Shown: in pieces, positions 44,210 to 52,800 of the stretch
Numbering within the stretch: position 1 is the stretch's first letter
Layout of the letters: each line of letters begins with the position of its first letter
From: a virus
Taxonomy: Duplodnaviria; Caudoviricetes
IMG/VR virus record: IMGVR_UViG_3300020725_000001
Coordinates: 1 to 53,011 of that record
DNA length: 53,011 bases
Reading direction: 5' to 3' (one strand)
Position numbers and translations under genes: made by a program
The notes under the pieces: generated by a model
Seen by the model: the letters and a program-made list of their open reading frames with translations, nothing else
The model's database searches: none
Told to the model about the DNA's origin: nothing

Positions 44210-45836
44210 CGCTCAGATTAATGCCAACAAGGTTGGCTATGAGCAAGAAGCTAGAAAAAGACGCAAGTGGAAGCCTAGTCCTGAGCTAGATGCGCGCTAT
44301 GCTGAATTAAGAGGTATTGAATCTCAATATAAAAAAGATTATATGGATTATTTAAGCGCACACCCAGAGCTTAAGTCAGTTCCAAGGAACAAGATTGATG
44401 GCATCTATATGAATTTTGACAATGAACTTGAGCATAATTTGCGACAAGCAAGAGGCAGGGCTAATACTATTCTTAACTCAGCTAAAGCTAAAAACCTCTA
44501 TGAAAATCCAGTAACAAGAGCGTGGATTTCTCTTGGGCCTAAGTTTCATGCGGTTCTTAATTATCGTCAATACAAAGGTTCTGGCGCTTTTGGTGGTCAT
44601 GTGACTAGCGCAAAGACTGGAAAAATAAATGATTGGTCATGGGCAGAATCAAGCGGCGCTACAAAAGCCCCTAGATCTACTGAAGCACAGGTTAAATTCC
44701 AGCTTAAAGTGGCTGATAGCTATGATCGAATCGGTGGGGCGGATATTAGTAGTGACTCAACAAGCTCGCTTAAAGACATGTTTAATTTACGTGATGTGCA
44801 GTCGGGTAATTGGGTATTAAAAGACATTAATTCAGCTAAATTTCATGTGCAAAGATCGGCAGAGGCTTTTAGTGATTTAGCTGATATCCTTGGCTCAGAC
44901 AAAGAAAAAGTGTCCATGAATGGCAGGCTTGCTATGGCATTTGGTGCGCGTGGCAAAGGTAATGCTGGCTTTGGTGGTGCAGCAGCTGCTCATTACGAGC
45001 CTGTGCAGAGAATTATCAATCTAACCAAGATGGGCGGAGGCGGATCTCTAGCGCATGAGTGGTTTCATGCTATGGATAATATGACCAGTGCCGCTGTCAA
45101 TGGAGTTGATGGCAGTGCTAAAGACTTTGTATCTGAAAACTTAGACTTGTTGCCGCAGGGTGAGTTGCGCAATGCTTGGGGCAATCTTATGCAGGCCATA
45201 AGCCATGGCGATCATTATGCCACCAAGAAAATTGCCTATACAGATAAAGACTATAGGCTAGCAATACATAATATTGATCGTCCATCACCAGGTAAATTAG
45301 CCGCAATGATTAAGGATGCGCCAGATGTCCATGCCGCTGTTAGGGCTGTTGAGAGTTATTTAGGTGACTCAACTAGCAAAAGAAGCATCAAGAACATGAA
45401 TGATTGGATAAAAGTTGCCGCTGCGTATCATGATAAGAATGCGGCCGGTGGAAGTGCTTTTGTAAAAGCCGGTGCGCCTATGTCTTCATTTGCTGCTGAA
45501 GCTAGGTCTTTAGATGGTGGCGTTGCTGGTAAGTTTTGGTCGCAGTCGGCAGAAATGGCGGCTAGAGCTTTTCAAGCCTATGTTGAAGATAAGCTTCAAT
45601 CTATGGATAGAAAGAATGACTATCTATCAGCATTTGCCGATAACAAATATTATAAAGATCCTATATTTGGCGATACCTATCCCTTCCCGGAGGGTGAAGA
45701 GCGTAAGGCTATTAATGCATCATTTGATGGCCTTATGGCGGCTATGAAAAAAGAAAATGTCTTGGCAAAGGCGGCAAATGCTTTTTCTAAACCCATGATC
45801 TTACTCAATGTCAGAGTTAGGCGGGCAGTTGCGTAA
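44172..45836 (+). CDS. Polyvalent protein, C-terminal part (HExxH and LPD1 domain)
   Basis: LAMAFGARG, AHYEP, SLAHEWFHAMD, EMAARAFQAYVEDKL, YPFPEGEERKAINASFD. Confidence 0.8.
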   Translation: MMKKMFFFQRWYSAQINANKVGYEQEARKRRKWKPSPELDARYAELRGIESQYKKDYMDYLSAHPELKSVPRNKIDGIYMNFDNELEHNLRQARGRANTILNSAKAKNLYENPVTRAWISLGPKFHAVLNYRQYKGSGAFGGHVTSAKTGKINDWSWAESSGATKAPRSTEAQVKFQLKVADSYDRIGGADISSDSTSSLKDMFNLRDVQSGNWVLKDINSAKFHVQRSAEAFSDLADILGSDKEKVSMNGRLAMAFGARGKGNAGFGGAAAAHYEPVQRIINLTKMGGGGSLAHEWFHAMDNMTSAAVNGVDGSAKDFVSENLDLLPQGELRNAWGNLMQAISHGDHYATKKIAYTDKDYRLAIHNIDRPSPGKLAAMIKDAPDVHAAVRAVESYLGDSTSKRSIKNMNDWIKVAAAYHDKNAAGGSAFVKAGAPMSSFAAEARSLDGGVAGKFWSQSAEMAARAFQAYVEDKLQSMDRKNDYLSAFADNKYYKDPIFGDTYPFPEGEERKAINASFDGLMAAMKKENVLAKAANAFSKPMILLNVRVRRAVA

Positions 45837-45839
45837 TTT

Positions 45840-46301
45840 TTAATCATCAGGCAGCCAGTCGGTAGAAAGTACATCATCGATAGACCACGGGCAGTTTTGC
45901 GGAAAGTTGTCTAGGTTGGTTTCTTTTTCTGCAAGCAATCTTCCGTCTAGGTAAGCATCATCAAAGCGATCTTCTTCAATGAAGAAAGCCTTAAGGCTGG
46001 GCGTTCTTTTAAGTCTGAGCTGTATGCGCTTTCGTTGTTCTTTTATGGTCAGTGTCCAACTGCTTGATCTGCGTTCAGGTTGATACTGGTATTTCAACAA
46101 ATGGCCGATGAGTACGGCCATTCTGTTCTCAAGTTCTCTTGCTTCACTTTTTCCCACGTCGTTTATTTCATCCGCTATATGTTCTAGGTCGAGCAGGTCA
46201 AAACGCCCTGCGCGGATAAGGTCAGCTTGCTCTCTAGCCCAAGCAACAATGTCTTGCTGATAGGTAGCTAAGGATTGTTTGTCAAAAGCTATGGTAGACA
46301 T
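45840..46301 (-). CDS. DUF29-family protein (moron)
   Basis: YQQDIVAWAREQADLIR...LDLEHIADEI..VGKSE...HLLKYQYQPERRSSSW...PSLK...FPQNCPW; GGAG RBS before ATG 46301. Confidence 0.9.
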   Translation of the reverse strand: MSTIAFDKQSLATYQQDIVAWAREQADLIRAGRFDLLDLEHIADEINDVGKSEARELENRMAVLIGHLLKYQYQPERRSSSWTLTIKEQRKRIQLRLKRTPSLKAFFIEEDRFDDAYLDGRLLAEKETNLDNFPQNCPWSIDDVLSTDWLPDD

Positions 46302-46402
46302 GATTATGCTTACTCCAATTAATTCATATTTAATGTATTGATTGTACCCCAAAAGAAACAAATTACAGGCAGTGTTTAATTAATTAATTTAACACTCAAA
46401 AT

Positions 46403-46419
46403 GGTCGTGACAGCACCCT
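46403..46419 (+). promoter_or_regulatory. Putative late promoter GGTCGTGAC-AG-CACCCT
   Basis: Recurrent motif upstream of tube/lysis operon. Confidence 0.72.
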
Positions 46420-46458
46420 TTAGACGTTCCTTTTTAACGTCTTTAGTGGAGTTGTACG

Positions 46459-46884
46459 ATGTCCTCAATAAATCTCAAAGCCAGAACTGGCAATAGAGTT
46501 ATCGTCAAATTTGATGGTATGCAAATTGGTTTAATTCAATCAGTAAGACAGTCTGATGAGTATGGTTTGGAGCCAGCCAGCGGTATAGGGGATATTCATG
46601 TCGTCGAATATGTCCCATCGATGGCTAGGCACAGTATTTCTGTATCTTCAATGGTTTTATTTGTAGGAGCTATGCGAGAGGCTGGTATTACAGCTCTTAA
46701 TGGTGACGATGTATTGCAAGGCAAGGTCTTTGATATTGTTGTTCAGTCTAAAGACGATGGCTCTGAGCTTCGTAAGTATGTGGGCTGTTCTTTTGCATCA
46801 GGTGATATTGATATTCAAAAGCATGGCATTATCGTTTCTAACGCTCAATTCAATGCGTTAGACGTTACTGGCTCAGGTCTATAG
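46459..46884 (+). CDS. Tail tube protein
   Basis: TGNRV...IGLIQSV...EYGLE...GIGDIHVVEYVP; 141 aa. Confidence 0.8.
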   Translation: MSSINLKARTGNRVIVKFDGMQIGLIQSVRQSDEYGLEPASGIGDIHVVEYVPSMARHSISVSSMVLFVGAMREAGITALNGDDVLQGKVFDIVVQSKDDGSELRKYVGCSFASGDIDIQKHGIIVSNAQFNALDVTGSGL

Positions 46885-46886
46885 TT

Positions 46887-47192
46887 ATGATGCCTAATTT
46901 CCGCAGAGGCTTTATTGCTGATTCAAGGTTATGGGTGTTATTAATTCCTGCGCTCGGCATATTGGCTGCAGATATTCCTGTCATGCTGACCTTGCTCTAT
47001 TCGCTATCAGCAATGATGGTTGTATTGGCGATGACACACTTCATGCGTCGTATTTTAATGCACTACATTGATCTTGAAGAAATGGCTGACATTGCTGCTG
47101 ATACGCCTTTAGGGGCTGGATTAGTCTTTTGTGGCGTTTGCTTAATTATTTCTGCCATTGTATTAGCTACGGCAATCTGGATAGCAAAATGA
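46887..47192 (+). CDS. Putative holin (3 TM)
   Basis: Three hydrophobic segments; directly before endolysin. Confidence 0.65.
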   Translation: MMPNFRRGFIADSRLWVLLIPALGILAADIPVMLTLLYSLSAMMVVLAMTHFMRRILMHYIDLEEMADIAADTPLGAGLVFCGVCLIISAIVLATAIWIAK

Positions 47193-47797
47193 TTCCGGCT
47201 CTTGCAAAGCTATACATTCCTGTTCTTGCATCAGTATTGACGACCATGTGGCCGTCTATGCCCGATAAGCCTTTGTTTGCTGCGCAAGTTGAACAGGAAA
47301 CTTGTGTATCTTTGACTGGCAAGGGCTGCTGGAATCCAAAGACAGAGTTAAAAACAAGTAGAGAGTATGGGTTTGGGCTTTCTCAGTTAACCATAACCAA
47401 ACAGTTTAATAATTTTACTGCCGCTAAGGGTTGGGATAAATCATTAGCAAATTGGCAATGGTCTGATCGTTATGATCCAGAGATGCAGTTAAGATCCTTG
47501 GTTGCTTATGACCGCAACTTGTTTGAGCAAATTAAGTTTGGTGCAACTGATGTGGATAGGCTGGCATTTATGTTTTCTGCCTATAACGGCGGTCTTGGTG
47601 GTGTGCTTAAAGATCGTCACATGTGCAGAACTATTAGTGGCTGTGATCCTGACAAGTGGTTTGGGAATGTTGAGAAATATTCTTTTAGATCACGAACAGC
47701 TGTAAAAGGTTATGGGCAGTCATTTTTTGATGTTAATCGTGGTTATGTAAAAAACATCATGATCGAAAGGGTTGAGAAGTACAGGGGTTTGCTGTGA
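47189..47797 (+). CDS. Endolysin, lytic transglycosylase (SLT-like)
   Basis: AAQVEQET catalytic Glu, GFGLSQ, SAYNGGLG, NRGYVKNI. Confidence 0.88.
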   Translation: MIPALAKLYIPVLASVLTTMWPSMPDKPLFAAQVEQETCVSLTGKGCWNPKTELKTSREYGFGLSQLTITKQFNNFTAAKGWDKSLANWQWSDRYDPEMQLRSLVAYDRNLFEQIKFGATDVDRLAFMFSAYNGGLGGVLKDRHMCRTISGCDPDKWFGNVEKYSFRSRTAVKGYGQSFFDVNRGYVKNIMIERVEKYRGLL

Positions 47798-48441
47798 TCT
47801 CATGGGTGTTTGGGAAATTGATAGGCTTCTCTGCTGGGTTTACAAGCCCGTTTGCATTAAAAGTCATATTTTTGGGTGTGTTTATAGTCGGTATTTTTAT
47901 TGGAGGCTGGGTCGTTAAGGGTGATTTTGATAATGCAACAATCATTAATCTTAAGGCTGAGCAAGAAAAACAATTGTCTGACATAAGAGCGCAAGAAGAG
48001 GCCGACCGAAAGGCGGTTAATGACGCTGTTGCTGCAAAAATAGCGGCTTCAGAAGCAGCTGGCAGAGTGCAAGTATCGATCCTAACTGAGCAATTGCAAA
48101 AGAAACGCAAGGCTGCTCAAAACATTCAAATGGAGATTTCCCATGAAGAAAAAATTAATCCTAATCCTGTGCTCCCTAATAATGAGCTTACTAATGACTG
48201 GGTGCGCATCTACAACGAAGCCTTGCGAGGCGACGGTATTAGCTATGAACCCACCTCAAGAATTAATGATGAAAGCGGACGAACCAACATATCTGTCAGC
48301 TCCGGCCTTTCTCAGTGGGACGCCCTCCGCGTCCACACTATTAATGCCGAAAGTTTTTCCGCGTGCAGGGCGCAATTAAACGCCTTAATCGATTTCATTA
48401 ATTTACAGGCCAAGACTAGCTCAGTGGTCAATGAGAAATAA
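47794..48441 (+). CDS. Inner-membrane spanin (Rz-like)
   Basis: N-terminal TM, coiled coil, CRAQLNALIDF; contains embedded lipoprotein gene. Confidence 0.78.
   Translation: MISWVFGKLIGFSAGFTSPFALKVIFLGVFIVGIFIGGWVVKGDFDNATIINLKAEQEKQLSDIRAQEEADRKAVNDAVAAKIAASEAAGRVQVSILTEQLQKKRKAAQNIQMEISHEEKINPNPVLPNNELTNDWVRIYNEALRGDGISYEPTSRINDESGRTNISVSSGLSQWDALRVHTINAESFSACRAQLNALIDFINLQAKTSSVVNEK
48143..48379 (+). CDS. Outer-membrane spanin lipoprotein (Rz1-like), embedded in +1 frame
   Basis: MKKKLILILCSLIMSLLMTGC lipobox; Pro-rich mature part. Confidence 0.75.
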   Translation: MKKKLILILCSLIMSLLMTGCASTTKPCEATVLAMNPPQELMMKADEPTYLSAPAFLSGTPSASTLLMPKVFPRAGRN

Positions 48442-48443
48442 TT

Positions 48444-48995
48444 ATGTTACCAGAAGCTATACAGAGTATGCCTACAGGTGGCGATCCTTTCCTTGATGTT
48501 CTCAAGTGGATAGTTGTTGCCGTTACTTTAATCGTTGTTTCGGGATCTACAATCATATCTTACATTAAAAGTGCAAAAGGTAATGATTCAGTAGAGGTTG
48601 CCAAAGATGAGGCTGAAATATTGCTTTATAGCCAACTTCAAGAACAGCTTAGAAGAATGGATGAGGATGTACAAGAGCTTACTCATCAAAAGAATAGATT
48701 GTTTGAAGAGTGGGCTACTTTAAAAGTTAGGTCAGAGTATCAAGAAAAAAAGCTTAATGAGCTATCAAAATCAGATGCAATTATTTGTAAGTTACGCGAA
48801 ACATTGGTTGAAAAAGATAAAGATATTGCCTTAAGAGATAAGGAAAACAAAAAGTTGATGCGCGATATTTTAGATATGAAAGATCGTATTTATCACCTTG
48901 AAATGCGTCTTGCTGAAGACGAAAAAAAGTTTTGTAACAATTGTCCTACTCTTAAAAAGAAAAAGCAGGCTCTGGAAAAAATACAACCGGAATAA
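48444..48995 (+). CDS. Membrane-anchored coiled-coil protein
   Basis: N-terminal TM, long coiled coil, CNNC. Confidence 0.6.
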   Translation: MLPEAIQSMPTGGDPFLDVLKWIVVAVTLIVVSGSTIISYIKSAKGNDSVEVAKDEAEILLYSQLQEQLRRMDEDVQELTHQKNRLFEEWATLKVRSEYQEKKLNELSKSDAIICKLRETLVEKDKDIALRDKENKKLMRDILDMKDRIYHLEMRLAEDEKKFCNNCPTLKKKKQALEKIQPE

Positions 48996-49001
48996 TGGAT
49001 T

Positions 49002-49229
49002 ATGGAAAGGTATGCAGATGAAATAGATCGAGCATCTGCGCTTGAGGAAGCTGAGCGCAGACACTTAATAAACAAAGCAAAAAATAGTACAACCATATTC
49101 ATTAAATCAACAGGGTTTTGTCATAACTGCAATAGTGAGTTACGACATCCATTACTTTTTTGTGATGATGAATGTGCAGAAGATTATGAGTATTTGACGG
49201 CATGTCGCCGTCGTAATGGGGATAGATAA
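49002..49229 (+). CDS. TraR/DksA-like C4 zinc-finger protein
   Basis: ADEIDRAS...CHNC...FCDDECAEDYE. Confidence 0.7.
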   Translation: MERYADEIDRASALEEAERRHLINKAKNSTTIFIKSTGFCHNCNSELRHPLLFCDDECAEDYEYLTACRRRNGDR

Positions 49230-49240
49230 AGAGGCATTAA

Positions 49241-49588
49241 ATGCGTACTGCGAAAGAGAGTGATTTTTTTATTGAGCTGACAGGAGTTGGCTTTTTTCGT
49301 TTTGGTCGCCGCACTTATGGTGATCGTTTAAAGATAAGGTCTGAGTATTTAAGGCTGGTTCGTGAATTTGGTGATGATGATCCTGATTTGTCAATGTATG
49401 CGGCTATGATTTCTTCTCATACGGTTTTGTGTGTTGAAGCGCCTAAAGGCTGGGAAAACTTAGCAGATATTGATCTTATTGCTGATGATGGAGCAGAAGA
49501 TAAGATTTATGAGCTTTATCAATTATTGAAAACACAGGAAGAGTTTTTTCGTCAAGGCCATACCCAAGCAGGCCAAACGAAAGGGTAA
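49241..49588 (+). CDS. Tail assembly chaperone
   Basis: Position before tape measure; VEAPKGW; ends near FFR slippery site. Confidence 0.7.
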   Translation: MRTAKESDFFIELTGVGFFRFGRRTYGDRLKIRSEYLRLVREFGDDDPDLSMYAAMISSHTVLCVEAPKGWENLADIDLIADDGAEDKIYELYQLLKTQEEFFRQGHTQAGQTKG

Positions 49589-49832
49589 AGAACTACATGA
49601 TACGTATTCATTTTGGTTTAGGCGTAAGTATAACTTGTCTCCTTTAGATCCTAGGTTTCTTGAATTGACTTCAGAAGATGTTGAGGCTGAGTTCTGGGCT
49701 TATTACTATGTAGATAAGCCGCCAGGTGAAGAATTTGAAGATGATGATTTTGATATTCAGGCCATTATGGATGATTTGAATGGTGGTGATATAAATGATG
49801 ATGAATGGGAAGAATTGATCAATGACCGTTAA
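49548..49832 (+). CDS. Tail chaperone frameshift extension (+1 frame)
   Basis: Frame open from 49530 with no upstream ATG: FVKAIPKQAKRKG...FWFRRKYNLSPLDPRFL. Confidence 0.65.
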   Translation, partial: FVKAIPKQAKRKGKELHDTYSFWFRRKYNLSPLDPRFLELTSEDVEAEFWAYYYVDKPPGEEFEDDDFDIQAIMDDLNGGDINDDEWEELINDR

Positions 49833-52800
49833 AATTAATGTCTCTGCTGATGTATCTGATGTTCAATCTGGACTAAAGAAAGTCCAAGATTCGGCTGATA
49901 AAATCAATAAGTCTTTATCAGGTGAGGTTGATTTTGATTTTAAGCAGGGTAAGGATGATCTAGCTGAATTAGCTGCCAATGCTAAAAAACTGACTGATCT
50001 TTTAGAAAAAGCCAAAAAAAATGGCTCTGATTTATCTGGCGTTGATTTTGATGCGGTCTCTAAAGTATTTGAGGAAGCAGCCAAATCTGCCGAGGAACTT
50101 GATAGGGCACTTGAGTACCTAGGAAAATCTGATGGGTTGTCTAAGGTCGTAAAGAGCTCAAAAGATCTGACTGAAAACATCAAAAAAGCAACCAGAGAAC
50201 AAAAGACCTTAAGGGAAGAAAATAGAAAATACATTACTGACCAAGAAAAGTACGATAGAGCAAGAAACTCAGGTGCTGCAGGATCTAGGCCTTTTAGAAA
50301 TATTTTACATGAAGATATTTTGGGCGGTGGTTGGCGTAAAGTCGATGTTGATGAAGCAGCAGCAAAGCGTAAAACAAGGAATTTTTTTGATTTTGCTGGA
50401 ATAAAAGTTCCCAAGGATTTATTTGGCAATGGTGATTCTGAAAAAGAAAGGGTAGATGCTGAAAAACAGGCTGAGAAAGAGCGCATATCTGCTGAGCAAA
50501 AAGCTGATAGAGAGCGTCAATCTGCTGCGCAAAGTAATGCTCGAAGAATAGCTGCTGTAGCAGGAGCTGTAGGAAGCTATGCGGGCAGCATGGGGCAGGG
50601 TGGCGGGATAATGGGTTCAGCAGGGCGATTAGCTGGCTCTGGTATTGGTGCTGCTGCTGGAGCAGTGGCTGGTTCACTTATCCCTATTCCTGTTGTTGGC
50701 TCTATGATTGGTGCAGGCGTTGGTGCTTTTGCAGGAAAGTTACTAGGTGGCGCTGGTTCTGCTGTTGATAGCAAGGCTGATGATGTTACTGCAGAAGGTG
50801 CAATGTATACGGATTTGCGTCATTCATTAGGCGCAACATCCATAGACTTTGAGATGTTGCGCGGTTCAGTTCGTCATTTTTCAGAAGGCTTAGGCTTGGC
50901 TTATAACGAGTCAGCCAAGTTGGCTAAAGAGTTTGCGCATACCGCTAACCTTAATGGTGAAGACGGCATGAAGGTTGGCAAGGAGGTGGGCTCTGCTGTC
51001 GCTTTTGGTCGCGGCTATGGAATTTCACCTGATCAGTCTGTGCAGTTTATCGCAACTATGCGTCAAATGGGTGTTACTCAAGATGATAAGGGTAATCGTA
51101 AGCTTGCATTACAAATAGCTGAGTCTGTCAAAAGTGGTGGCACATCGGCAAAAATGGATGAGGTATTAGCTTCATTGCAATCTTATGTGCAGACATCGAC
51201 AAGGCAATCCTTAACTTCTGCTGATGCAGGCGCTTACGCGTCTTTTATGGCTTTGCTGACTGGATCGTCAGTGCCAGGCATGAAGGGCGATCCTCGCAAT
51301 GCAGCCGCCACTATGAATGCGGCAGATGAGGCTATGCGACAGGGCGGCGCTCATGGTGAAGCTTCAAAAAATGTTAGTCTAGCAGCTTATCAGCAGCTAT
51401 TTGGCAACAACTTTAATGCGTATGATGCTAAATTTGTCAATGAACAAGGTGCATTTAACGATCTTGGTAAATCGTTTGATAATGTTATTTCTGTGGCTGA
51501 GGATCGAGGTGATAAAGGTGAGGCTGATCGATATAGAGAAATGGCTAAGGCCGGTAGGGGCAAGACTGCTTTATCAGTCAATATGGATTTTCTTGAGAAA
51601 GAGTTTGGGCATCAGCCGCTTGGTGAGTTTATTGGTTCTGGTGCAAATCATTTTGGCATGGGTGTTAATCAATTTTCAGCGCTTAATACTGCCATTAATA
51701 AGGTTGGCGGCACAAATAATTTAGAAAAAACTTTATCTGATGCTGGTGTTGATATGAGCAACATGAGTATGGATAAGGTTTCTTCGCTTGCGGCGCTAGC
51801 AACGGGAAGCAAAGATGAATTAAAGGCGCAGGCTAAGAGATTGCAGGGGCTAACTGGTGAAAATAAATTATCAGATCCAGAGAGAAGCGCACTAAAGCAA
51901 GGGCTGGATGAAGATAACGAAGATAAGATACGTAAATCAGTGCTTAATTTATCATCTAAGCACAATGCATTAGGCGATAGCGGTGAGAAAGGAAGGCAAT
52001 TACAAGCCACCGCAGACAATCTTTTACAAGAAATGGCAACAAAACTTGTGCCTTATACGCAAGCAATTAAAGAAGGCATTACTGAGTTAGTGCGCAATGC
52101 TGCGCCTGATTCAGAGTTTGTTAAGCAAATGGATGCTGAGAAGGAAAAGCAAAAGAAGGATGCTGAAAAAGCAAGTTATTTGGATGCGCAAATTGAAGAA
52201 AGAAAAAAGATGGTTGATGATCCGAGTAGATCAAGGGATCATGAAGGTGATATTAATCTTTATAATCATCTTGTTAAAAAGCGTAAAGAAATTGGTATTC
52301 CAACTGAATACAGTGAAATAGATGCGCCTACGCCTTGGGGAAATAAAAAAGACTATACTCAGTATGGGGATAGTAAGACAAAAGATTCATCTCCTCTTGC
52401 CAAAAATCAGTCTGATTTTATAGAAAAAACTAAGTCAGCTGCGGAGCGTGCGGCGACAAAAATTAACAAAGATACCGGCTCATCAATTTCAGCATCTGAT
52501 ATACAAGCTCAATGGGGTCTTGAGACTGGATGGGGTAAGTCAGTTCTTTCTGGAACTAATAATCTTGGCAATATTAAAGCCGGAAATGATTATAAAGGTC
52601 GCCATAAAATATTTAATGTAAATGAGGTTGATAAGGATGGTAAGCCTTATAAAACTGATCAGTCTTTTAGGGCTTATGATTCATTAGATGATTCTGCTGA
52701 TGATTATGCTGATTTAATATCAAGAAAATATCTAAATGGAAAGCCAGCTGCTAATGGGGCAGAATTTGCAAAAAGGTTAAAGCAGGGTGGTTATGCAACT

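Noticed and set aside
6203-46419. GGTCGTGAC copies as CRISPR repeats or recombination sites
   Set aside because: Only 9 nt, dispersed, non-palindromic and phased to a -10 element; no array or cas gene seen
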